A stretch of 63,764 bases of DNA, from IMG/VR virus record IMGVR_UViG_3300025035_000020, positions 1-63,764 of that record. The stretch is one strand, 5' to 3'. Origin of the DNA: a virus (lineage: Duplodnaviria > Caudoviricetes). The notes beneath the pieces were generated by a model. The model had not been told where the DNA came from. It saw only the letters and a list, made by a program, of their open reading frames with translations, and ran no database searches. Positions 27,002-35,989 of this stretch are shown here, piece after piece. Within the stretch, counting starts at the first letter, position 1. Each line of letters opens with the position of its first letter. The position numbers were made by a program, and so were the translations under genes.

Positions 27002-27027
27002 AAAAGGCGCCCCGATGCCTCGGGGCG
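27002..27027 (-). terminator. Terminator between the virion genes and nrdJ
   Basis: cgccccga-GGCA-tcggggcg then cctttt on the minus strand. Confidence 0.65.
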
Positions 27028-27046
27028 GTTAGGTACTTATATCATA

Positions 27047-30000
27047 TCAGAACAATCGCGCCCCGGGGACTGTTCGCTTGACGACATCGCCGAAGTCTAC
27101 GCGTGGGTCGCCGCCAGCATACCGTAGGACAGTCATCAAGTGCTCGAACGACGGGCCTAAGAGCTCTTCGCCCGGTGCTTTTCTGCCTATGCTCACGCCG
27201 CTAAACGCCTGCGCGCCAAAATCGGCCGTTCCCGTCAGGCCGGAGCGTGAGACGGTGTGCGTGAGGTAGTCCTTGAAGCCCCATCCCGGAGGCGCTCCAC
27301 CAGTAAGCGCGAACTTGGTCATGTCGGCAGCGAAGATTACAGGCATAGCAGCCATAAGAATGCCCCACGGCTTGGGGTTTCCATCGGCCAACTCGCGGTT
27401 TGCGCGCTTTAAGACCACATTCTGCATAGCGAATGTGAACTGCTTAAGGTGTGCTACCAGTATGAACCTTGGGTCCGACATCCACACCGGTCGGCTCGAT
27501 GCGCTCGGCCGCAGCACTGCCTGATCGACGAACTGGAACATAGCCTCCTGAACCTTGGGCGACGACACGTCTAGCCTGCCGTTCTCGCCGGTTGTAATGT
27601 CGCTCGCAGTAAGCCCCAACTCAGCCAAAGCCTTGGCATTGCCCTTGTTTGCAAGCAGATACCGCTCGCCCGCCACTGTAGCGGTGATACGCATCGAGTT
27701 GTTCCACCCCTGCAGCATGTTGTACTTAAAGAACGTGCGGTTGATGTCGCGCAAGCGCTTGGACATGCTGACGGTTCCGAACGAGTTGCCCATCGCTTCG
27801 AGCGTGTTATCGGCGCTAATGACCCCGAGCATGGTGGCCAGTTCCTCACCATCCACGTTCTTGGAGCCTGTCAATCGCTTGAGCGCCGTGACGTACGCAC
27901 GACCGGCGTCCTTGAAGTCTCCCGAGCGAGCGGCTAGCACGATAGGGTCGATCACTTGGGAGAAGATAGCGAACGGCAGGATGACAAGGTTTTGCAGCGT
28001 CAGTACGGACGACAGCAAATCTCGGGTCGCTACAGACATATCGTTACCGAGCGAGCCTTCCAGCCCGCGAACAATTTTGCCGATGTCGTTCAAGTCCTTC
28101 GTGGAGCTGATACCAGACGCCTGTAAGATTTTGGATATCTCTATGCCGTCATTATCGAACTCGCGCGCATACTCTGCCCGGTGAACCACTTGGTCCACAT
28201 AGCTCGTGGTTATGTCGGTCAAGTCCTTAAGCTGGTACTTGGCAAACGCTGCCGCGTTGTCTGGATTGATGAACTTGAGCTGCCGTTCAAGAACCCCGGT
28301 AGCAAACGGCGTGAACCCAAGTGCGTGGTCATTCTCAGCAAGGTCTAACTGCCCGCTGCCGTGTGTCAGCGCATCAATTATTGCGTCCGCCTGAGCCGCG
28401 CTAACTTCTCTTGTGCTTCTGAGCAGCGCCGTGAAGCCATCACGATCACTCAGTATCGCGTTACGGTCAAATGCTCGCGGGAAGTAGCGCTTTACCTGTC
28501 GAATCGGCTCCCATGCCTCCGTTCTCTTGTTATACGTCTTCACTCCGGCTGCCGTGAGATAGTCAAACAGCTCACTGAAGTGCGCAGCAAGTGCTTTCTC
28601 CAAGTCCGAAGTGGGCTCGCGCATAGCCTGCATGTTTTCCAGCGCTTCGCGCCGCTGCTGCGCCGTAGTGTCTTTGAGAATCCCTCCGAGCTTATTCCTC
28701 CATATGCCTTGCTGCTGGAAGCGCTGCTGTATGAATCCGGCGCGCCCATTCCCCCCGCTGAACTTGTCAGCCAAGCGATTTAGCGCTTCGTTCTGGTAGT
28801 CGCGCAAACGATCCGGAGCCGCGCTGAACACTTTCGTCAGGACCTCGGACACCAGTGGCGCAGCTCTGTCCAGCTTGTTCCTCAGTCGGTCACCCCTACC
28901 AGACAAATCTTCGAGAACCTCCGATACAACACTCGGATCTGCAAAGCGCCCGTCGTGCAGCGCAGTAAGGAGGTCCTTGGCACGTTGGTCTGCCCCAACC
29001 AGCCCGAATAGGTCGCTGAGGAACTGGCGCACGCGCGCAAAGATTCCAGTACCAGTTGGCCCCAGCTGCAACAGGCCTTCAGCCCAGAACTGATACATGT
29101 AAGCAATGCGCTCTTCCCCGTCGTTCTCCGCTTGCTCACGCGCGCGCGGGTGGTCGACCAGCAGTTCACGCAGGCGCTTCATCGCGTGTGGCGCATTGGA
29201 GGCATCGAGCAGGTCGCGCTTGATAGAGCGAGACGCAGGATCGCTACCCAACGTGGCAAAGAAGTCGTGCAGCGATTCGTGGAATGCTACGCCCATCGGG
29301 TTGGCAGCATTTACGGCAATTCGAATCAGGCGATTCGTTTTGTCGACGCCAATTGAGAACTCGCCCGACCCGCCGATTTTCGCAAATGTCGTGAACAGCG
29401 TTTTTACGCGCTTACCGCGCGTGCGGCGAATCTCGTCAATAATTTTCTGCTGGTCTTCCGGGCCAATGGCTGTCCCTACCTCGTCAATATTCGATGCTTT
29501 CCTAGAACGCACGGCATTTACCATGCGCACTACTTCGGCGCGCTGTTCAGCGGTTGCCTTAGTAGCCAGCAGCAAAGCGCCGAAGCTAACCGGTCCAGCT
29601 ACTTTTGACGGCGCAAAGGCCTCCTGCAACGCTGCGAGTACTTCTTCCTGCTGCTTGGTCCGCCCGATCTTAGTCATCTGCTGTAGCGCGGGCAGCGTCG
29701 CTTGCGCCACGGATACGAGGCGCAGCACCTTCTCAGCAGTATCCAAGCGCTTTATATTGCCGCCTACGAAGATGTCATGCAGCGCGTCCAGCACCGCGCC
29801 TCCAGCATTACGAACGACTGGCGCAGGGGCAATACCAGTTCGCGTACTGCTTGTACCGCGCTGCTGCAGCCCCTCGCCGGTAGTCTCGTCAAAGCGTCTC
29901 GGACCTTTCGGGTCGCTCCCTCGCAAACTGCCTGTGGAACCAAAGCCCTTGCCCTTTGCGAACGGACCCCCCGTTGATTTGCCCTCACCGAAGTCTCCCC

Positions 30001-33000
30001 CGACCGGCGATGGAGCGTCGACGATCGCCGATTGCAGATCGTCGAACAGCGGATGGCTTCCCACGTCTCTAGCGGTAGAGAACCCCCGCAGCTCGCTTCG
30101 GAACTCCGCGATAGCGTCTGACGTTTCCCCAGCTACTACTAGGTTCTCCTGCACCTCATCAAGAACCGCATGCGCAGCATCCGTGAACGCCGCCTGCATG
30201 TCCTGAGCCGCTGATTTGGCGTAGTCTGCTCGCGCCTGCATAGCGCGTGCGGCGGCTAAATCTGCGCGCGAAGACGTCTTTGGGACGTACGCGTCCCATA
30301 AAGCCCGCGCCTTCCCCTGTATGCGCTTTTTCACGGCCTCTGTTTCCGTGGCCTGCTGCTCCCACGTGGCGAGCCAGCCCTGCACCACGTCGCTATTTGC
30401 ATAGCTCAGCGCTTCTTCCAAACCTATGCGGGGGTCCGACGCAGCAGCGAGATCATCACGCATGGTCGCAAGCTGGTCGCGAATGAATGCTCTACGCTGC
30501 GGCACACCGCGTTGCTGCCCTTCACGCACGGCCTCGAACGCGCGTAGTGCGAGGATGGCCCCCTCACTCTTCTCCGCACGCTGCACCACGTCGGCAACAC
30601 CCGGGCCGAACGCGAGGTTCTTTGGAAACCGCCCAGCGGCGGCACCTTCGATGCCCACGATTTCTGGGCGGTTCAATACCGATGCGACCGCCTCAGCAAA
30701 AAGCCTACGAGTACGCGTCTCGCCGGGTTCTCCACGACCGCTGCCCTCTTTTTTGCCCTGTGCCTGCACCATGGATTGCGCTGACAAAGCCAACTTGGTG
30801 CCGTCTTTGCGCAAGAAGACGATCTTGGTTCGGTCAATCCCTGCGGCAGTCTCCTTATTGCGCTTTTTCAACAGGCGCGCGAAGTCCTGCAAGTCTTTAT
30901 CGCTCGCAGTCGTCTGATTGCGCGCGCCGGAAGTCGCCACAACTTCGAATTGGTCCAGCACTCCCGCGAACCCGTTGCTACGAAAACCAGCCCGCGCCAG
31001 CTCTTTAACGGCGTTGAGCTCAGCAATCTGGGCACTGCGGTCTTCGTCCTTACGGGCTTGGTGCCCAGCGATGCGTTTGTCGATGTCGGCAATAACCCGC
31101 AGCGCCTCGGTCTCATGGTCGGCCCCCGTGAGATCAGCGAACGCGCGCAGACTGACTACACGCGGATTCTCCCCGACTGCACGCAACTCATCCAGCTTCT
31201 TATCGACATCACGAATCGTGCGCCGAAAGCCGTCCTTTGTACTGACTCTGGCTCCCTCCGAGGTCGCTCGTACAAATGGGCGTAGCGACTTGGCGTCCTT
31301 AAAATGAAACGTCAGGTTATCCGGATTACCCTCGCGAACGGTCACGCCGATGTTGTTGCGCTCGTCGACTTCGGCGTCCTCGAACGTCGTGTCAGGACGG
31401 CCGCCATCGACAGTATCCCCACCATCGACAGTATCCGCTAGCTCGTTATCGCCGATGAGTGAGTCATCAGCAGTGGCAACGGGCGCACTCGCTATTTCGG
31501 CATCCGCCTCACGCGATAGCGCCGCACGCTGCAAGTTGCCGTAGTATTCCAAAACAGTCTGAGCTTTACGAACGGACCCGAAGACCGCGGCCAGTGGAGT
31601 GAGTAGTTTGAGCTTCTGCTCCTTATTCCGATTCTGTATACGCACCGCGCCGGCGTCTACATAGTTCGCTATGTTCCTCAGGGTTTTTGGGGACACCGGT
31701 TCGGCCAGTAAGGACTCAAGGAAACTGTTGCCCTGAGAGGTCTGTATATCGCGCGATGCCGAGGGGATATCCCGAATCTTCACCACGGCGGCGCGTAGCC
31801 CATCGGAGCCACTGATCTTTGTGGCCGTCTCCAGAATGTCGTCGCCAACAACCTCGGACAAGTTCCTAAGCCGCACGGCAACTTCTGGCGTAATTTTAGC
31901 CTCTGGCGAGAAGCGGACTGAGGCGCTGACCAGCTGCCGAGCCAGCAGCGGAGCGTCCGCAGCTCTATCAGGCCCAAGCCGTACTGCGAGCTCGTTGATA
32001 AGCGGTGCCAATTCTTGCAGCGGGAGATCCTGCAGATTCTTCTTTATCAAGCCGTCGGCGATGGCCGAAGTACTATCCTCGAAAGCGTTTTTCGCCGTGT
32101 TAAGGACACCGGGCAGCGCTTTGCGCGCTTCGCGCGCTTTAATGCCTAGGCTTTTCCCCAGTTCAGACAGCTCTACGATGGCCTCGCCAAATCTTTTACC
32201 TGTCTGCTGCGCGATTACGTTTTGGGCTACAAAAGCCTGTGCCTCAGGAGAGGTGAAGTCGCCGTTGAACCCCTCCACGCGAGCTGCAAGGCTCTTCGAC
32301 GTGGCCGGGTTATTGAGCAGTTCTTGCGCGTACACCGCCGCCCGCTCTTGCCGCTTAATATCGCGGGCAGACAGCGCAGCAGCAGGGTCCACAGCGCCGA
32401 GTACACTGGGGTCTTCGGTATCAGGGAGCAGATCGGCCGCTGCTGAATCCGCGAGATCATCGCCAAACACTTGCTGGATGAACTCGCCCGGATTCGTGGC
32501 AGTCGCGCTCGCAGATTCCGTACGAGCGAGTATGTCCTCTACGGGATCGGAAGGGCTAAGCTCAGACGGCTCAGACGGCTCAGACGGCTCAGACGGGAGA
32601 GTACTCCGGATCTTATTACCGGCGCTATCTACTGCATCTGCAACCGCATTGCCCGCCTTCGAGGCTCTGCGTGCTAGCACTTCCGCTCCCGCCTGCGCAG
32701 CCCGTCCCGCCCCGCGTACGCCGGCGGTCACTCCACCGCCGGTCAGCGCACCGGACACAGCGTCGTCAGCGACGTCAAGCAAGTTGAGCTTGCGCGACGG
32801 ATCAAGGAACGCATCGGCCTTGAAGCCGACCACATTCTGCAGGCCCTCGGTAAGACCTTCCTCGCCGCTTCTGCGTAGGACTTCTCTACCGAATGACTGG
32901 GTCGGTTTGCGGAATACCCCGCGCGAGAGCGCGAGCGGAACTGCCGATTCCAAGAGCGCATTTACGGCGCTCTTGGCATTTGCTGCAGTGGTGCGGTCAT

Positions 33001-33526
33001 CAACGCTAGCTTGTGCAAGTCTGGGGTCGCTCTGCTGCCCGAGAGCCGCTTCGCCGCGCTCGACTTCAAACGCGGTGCCGGCAGTGGCGGCGTTACCGAC
33101 GAGCCTACCGAGAGGACCGCGGCCGCCCGTCACGAGCGCCGTGGCCAACGTGGGCGCTAGGCTCGCAACCCCTTGCCCGAAGGCTCCAGTAGCGAAATCG
33201 AACGCGTCGTTCACGCCGCGGATATCGCGGAGCGAACGAACACGCGGTGCAGAGGGCTCCTGCTCCTGCTGAATCCGGAGCGCCTGATCATTAAGCCGTG
33301 CGGCACCCTCCACGTCTCCGCTGGACTCCAAGCGCAGTGCTTCGCTGGCCAAACGGCCCGAACTCAGTCCAGCGATACCGGAACGAAACCCCCTCGTAAA
33401 CTGCGTGTCATCGCTCTGAGTAAGCGCTGCTACGTCCTGCGCCGAGATACCGGGATCGGCGATAAACGGTGGCACGACTGGTGTCTCGTCGTCAGCAGCC
33501 GTGCGGAGGATAGAGTTGCGGATCAT
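27047..33526 (-). CDS. Large internal virion / ejection protein (2159 aa) with HExxH zincin-like motif
   Basis: Ala-rich helical giant ORF at the end of the structural operon; AFHESLH...EERIAY. Confidence 0.75.
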   Translation of the reverse strand: MIRNSILRTAADDETPVVPPFIADPGISAQDVAALTQSDDTQFTRGFRSGIAGLSSGRLASEALRLESSGDVEGAARLNDQALRIQQEQEPSAPRVRSLRDIRGVNDAFDFATGAFGQGVASLAPTLATALVTGGRGPLGRLVGNAATAGTAFEVERGEAALGQQSDPRLAQASVDDRTTAANAKSAVNALLESAVPLALSRGVFRKPTQSFGREVLRRSGEEGLTEGLQNVVGFKADAFLDPSRKLNLLDVADDAVSGALTGGGVTAGVRGAGRAAQAGAEVLARRASKAGNAVADAVDSAGNKIRSTLPSEPSEPSEPSELSPSDPVEDILARTESASATATNPGEFIQQVFGDDLADSAAADLLPDTEDPSVLGAVDPAAALSARDIKRQERAAVYAQELLNNPATSKSLAARVEGFNGDFTSPEAQAFVAQNVIAQQTGKRFGEAIVELSELGKSLGIKAREARKALPGVLNTAKNAFEDSTSAIADGLIKKNLQDLPLQELAPLINELAVRLGPDRAADAPLLARQLVSASVRFSPEAKITPEVAVRLRNLSEVVGDDILETATKISGSDGLRAAVVKIRDIPSASRDIQTSQGNSFLESLLAEPVSPKTLRNIANYVDAGAVRIQNRNKEQKLKLLTPLAAVFGSVRKAQTVLEYYGNLQRAALSREADAEIASAPVATADDSLIGDNELADTVDGGDTVDGGRPDTTFEDAEVDERNNIGVTVREGNPDNLTFHFKDAKSLRPFVRATSEGARVSTKDGFRRTIRDVDKKLDELRAVGENPRVVSLRAFADLTGADHETEALRVIADIDKRIAGHQARKDEDRSAQIAELNAVKELARAGFRSNGFAGVLDQFEVVATSGARNQTTASDKDLQDFARLLKKRNKETAAGIDRTKIVFLRKDGTKLALSAQSMVQAQGKKEGSGRGEPGETRTRRLFAEAVASVLNRPEIVGIEGAAAGRFPKNLAFGPGVADVVQRAEKSEGAILALRAFEAVREGQQRGVPQRRAFIRDQLATMRDDLAAASDPRIGLEEALSYANSDVVQGWLATWEQQATETEAVKKRIQGKARALWDAYVPKTSSRADLAAARAMQARADYAKSAAQDMQAAFTDAAHAVLDEVQENLVVAGETSDAIAEFRSELRGFSTARDVGSHPLFDDLQSAIVDAPSPVGGDFGEGKSTGGPFAKGKGFGSTGSLRGSDPKGPRRFDETTGEGLQQRGTSSTRTGIAPAPVVRNAGGAVLDALHDIFVGGNIKRLDTAEKVLRLVSVAQATLPALQQMTKIGRTKQQEEVLAALQEAFAPSKVAGPVSFGALLLATKATAEQRAEVVRMVNAVRSRKASNIDEVGTAIGPEDQQKIIDEIRRTRGKRVKTLFTTFAKIGGSGEFSIGVDKTNRLIRIAVNAANPMGVAFHESLHDFFATLGSDPASRSIKRDLLDASNAPHAMKRLRELLVDHPRAREQAENDGEERIAYMYQFWAEGLLQLGPTGTGIFARVRQFLSDLFGLVGADQRAKDLLTALHDGRFADPSVVSEVLEDLSGRGDRLRNKLDRAAPLVSEVLTKVFSAAPDRLRDYQNEALNRLADKFSGGNGRAGFIQQRFQQQGIWRNKLGGILKDTTAQQRREALENMQAMREPTSDLEKALAAHFSELFDYLTAAGVKTYNKRTEAWEPIRQVKRYFPRAFDRNAILSDRDGFTALLRSTREVSAAQADAIIDALTHGSGQLDLAENDHALGFTPFATGVLERQLKFINPDNAAAFAKYQLKDLTDITTSYVDQVVHRAEYAREFDNDGIEISKILQASGISSTKDLNDIGKIVRGLEGSLGNDMSVATRDLLSSVLTLQNLVILPFAIFSQVIDPIVLAARSGDFKDAGRAYVTALKRLTGSKNVDGEELATMLGVISADNTLEAMGNSFGTVSMSKRLRDINRTFFKYNMLQGWNNSMRITATVAGERYLLANKGNAKALAELGLTASDITTGENGRLDVSSPKVQEAMFQFVDQAVLRPSASSRPVWMSDPRFILVAHLKQFTFAMQNVVLKRANRELADGNPKPWGILMAAMPVIFAADMTKFALTGGAPPGWGFKDYLTHTVSRSGLTGTADFGAQAFSGVSIGRKAPGEELLGPSFEHLMTVLRYAGGDPRVDFGDVVKRTVPGARLF
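32561..32596. repeat. 9-bp tandem repeat x4 (PSE linker)
   Basis: ctcagacgg x4. Confidence 0.9.
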
Positions 33527-33529
33527 AAG

Positions 33530-35989
33530 TTAGTTACCCCGACGCGTGCGTTGTTTGTTAACAGGCGTTCCATCGGCATTCTGCCCGGTAAACTCTTGGA
33601 GTAGCGCCAAGCGTTCCGCGCTTAGACCGCCGTTGGCGGTCCTTAAAATGTCTTCAACCGGGGTGGGTTGCCCGGAGCGATCAATTACAACGTTCTTGTT
33701 GTTAAATGGGAGGTTCGTACGCAAGTAATCGACCGGGGATAGCGTGCTGTTGAACACGTCACTAACTGTGGATTCTTGGATCCTTTCCGGCAAGGTATCG
33801 TCGATGTTGTTGACAGTCGCACCGGAGTTGAACACGCCTTTGTTTGCAGCAGCGTTGCGCACGTCCCTAATCTCAAACAGCGTTTTGAAGCGCTGCAGGG
33901 CCTTCTCTTGGCTCTGAGCAGGCAAGTTCGCCAGCGCTTCAAAGCTATTCACGCCGGCGAAGTTCTGAAGAACTTGGGGGTCAGACCCAAACACGAACGA
34001 CTTGAACTCCTCCTGTTTGCCCTTGTCAACCGCGTCGTCGCCGGTATTGAAGAACCCGTTGATGGAGTTCGTGAGTCGGTCAACCCCAGTGGCTTCGTCA
34101 CCTCGCGCCAAGCGCACAGCATTACGCTGCGCGGCCTCTGCGCGCTGCTGTGTCTCCGCGACAGCCTTCTGCGCAGCGGAGTTGTCACTGGCGAACCCGC
34201 GCAGTGTACTGAGCGCCTGCAGGTCTGCAGAACGCCCCGCCGTCTCTGCTGTGAGGTCTTGCCCACGACGCACATTTTGATTGCCTGCGACACGGTCAAG
34301 AGCATCGTTGCGAGCGGTTTCGATGTCTAGCCTGTGGCGGTCAGCGAAATCAGACCCGAAGCGCACGTTTTGGCCAAAGCCGCCCCGTAAAATGGAGTCA
34401 AATCTGTCGTTGATAGCACGCGCGCTACTGTCCCCGCCACCGCCACCGCCACTGCGCCGACCGCCCCCATTCAGCCGCTGGACGGCCGCAAGGATAGCCT
34501 GATCCAAAGGTGAGGCCTCAGCCTGCTGTTGCTGTGGTGCGCTAGGGGTACCGATCCCGGTAAACGTGTCAATGCGACCACCCGGAACGCTCGCCGAGCC
34601 AAAGATGTTCGGCCCACCACGTGCGCCGCCCAGCTGGGAGTTGCCGAAGTTTAGCGTCCCGACGTTCGGGTCCGACGTGTCGCTGCGCAGTGCGCTGATC
34701 CGATCCTTTTGGCTTAGTACAGGAAGGCTATCACCGGGCTGTACACCACCGGGCTGTACACCACCGGGCTGTACACCGCCGGGCTGTACACCGCCGGGCT
34801 GTACACCGCCGGGCTGTACACCGCCGGGTCGCGCCGCAGCCGCATCTTCTTCCGCTCTCGCCCTGTTCTCAAACTCTGTGCGCTGGCTATCGGAGCCAAA
34901 CCCTTTGAAGAACCCCTCCCCTCCGGGCAGCGCGCCGGCAATACCGCGCCCGAGGCGTCCAGCGAGCCCAAACGTCGCTGCGTCACCTGCGTTCGTAAGG
35001 CTCTGAAGTACCCGCGCCGAGCTACGCCCAAAGTCAGATTCTGCCCCCACAGAACTAGCGAACTCATCAGTAAATCCGGAGGCGTTATCATCGAGCGTTT
35101 GGAGTACGCCGAGCGCCGGAGCCAATGCAAGGCCACCACGAGCCGCCCCACCCAGCCGCCCGCCACCGCCACTGAGCTTGGCGGCTAGGCCGGTACGCCC
35201 AGCAAGTACGCGCTCCTTTGGGATAACCTGCGCCGCTCGGTTAATGCGCTGTGCGGTACCACGCAGCCCGGGGTCAAACGCTTCAAAACCAGCCTTGCGC
35301 AGAATCGAGTTGCCGGCTCGCGATGCAGCTACCTCTGCGCTAGGAGTAAACAGGCTCTTTACTGCACCGACCCCACGCTGCGCCGTACCGCGGACACCTT
35401 CGGCGGTAGCAGTAGCAGCAGCAGGCGCTGCTCGGGCCGCTCTGACTGCCTCGCGCTTGCGTGCTGCGTCTATAAGCGCTTGTTGCATGCGCGGGTTCTT
35501 GATGTCGAACGCAGTGGACCCGCCGTCGGCCATTTTCTGTACCCGCTCATCGCCGTCGTTATCGTCGGAATCAGTGTCGGTAAATTTGTGTGTCGCCAGC
35601 CGTAGGGCTTCGAGCTTGTCTCGACCGACGATATTCACAGTGTCAGCTGGAAGCACGAATTCTCCGTTACTGAGGGCTACCGGGCCAATGGCATCGTCTC
35701 GTGGCCCACCCTTACCCCGTACCGGGCCACCGTCGACCAAGCCAAAGAACTTGCGGAGCGCACTTTTTTGCTCCGGCTCCGGCTGTTTAGTATTGTCAGC
35801 CGGAGCTGGAGCTGGAGCCGGAGCGGGCTCCCCATCAATAGCGGCGTCAAGTTGCGCACGGCGATTTTTGAGCGCGAAACCGGCACGTGCAGCCAAACCG
35901 TCGCCAAGGAGACTCGGGTCTACTGCGCCACCGTCTGCCATTTTGCGCAGACGCGATTTGTTGAGAAAAGCTTTCTGGATATTGTTCAT
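33530..35989 (-). CDS. Internal virion protein (819 aa), Gly/Ala-rich
   Basis: GGPVRGKGGPRDDAI...LSNGEFVLPA motif seen in tape-measure/ejection proteins; low-complexity repeats. Confidence 0.7.
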   Translation of the reverse strand: MNNIQKAFLNKSRLRKMADGGAVDPSLLGDGLAARAGFALKNRRAQLDAAIDGEPAPAPAPAPADNTKQPEPEQKSALRKFFGLVDGGPVRGKGGPRDDAIGPVALSNGEFVLPADTVNIVGRDKLEALRLATHKFTDTDSDDNDGDERVQKMADGGSTAFDIKNPRMQQALIDAARKREAVRAARAAPAAATATAEGVRGTAQRGVGAVKSLFTPSAEVAASRAGNSILRKAGFEAFDPGLRGTAQRINRAAQVIPKERVLAGRTGLAAKLSGGGGRLGGAARGGLALAPALGVLQTLDDNASGFTDEFASSVGAESDFGRSSARVLQSLTNAGDAATFGLAGRLGRGIAGALPGGEGFFKGFGSDSQRTEFENRARAEEDAAAARPGGVQPGGVQPGGVQPGGVQPGGVQPGGVQPGDSLPVLSQKDRISALRSDTSDPNVGTLNFGNSQLGGARGGPNIFGSASVPGGRIDTFTGIGTPSAPQQQQAEASPLDQAILAAVQRLNGGGRRSGGGGGGDSSARAINDRFDSILRGGFGQNVRFGSDFADRHRLDIETARNDALDRVAGNQNVRRGQDLTAETAGRSADLQALSTLRGFASDNSAAQKAVAETQQRAEAAQRNAVRLARGDEATGVDRLTNSINGFFNTGDDAVDKGKQEEFKSFVFGSDPQVLQNFAGVNSFEALANLPAQSQEKALQRFKTLFEIRDVRNAAANKGVFNSGATVNNIDDTLPERIQESTVSDVFNSTLSPVDYLRTNLPFNNKNVVIDRSGQPTPVEDILRTANGGLSAERLALLQEFTGQNADGTPVNKQRTRRGN
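34734..34828. repeat. 15-bp tandem repeat x6.3 encoding (PGGVQ)6
   Basis: ccgggctgtacacc(a/g) units. Confidence 0.95.

Noticed and set aside
31821-33272. 483-aa plus-strand ORF (and 29106-30206)
   Set aside because: Antisense shadows of the 2159-aa gene with Ser/Ala/Pro-rich mirror composition.
27047-33526. N4-like virion RNA polymerase
   Set aside because: Much shorter than N4 vRNAP, and no single-subunit RNAP catalytic motifs recognised.
34734-34828. CRISPR-like array
   Set aside because: Contiguous 15-bp units without spacers, in frame within a CDS.
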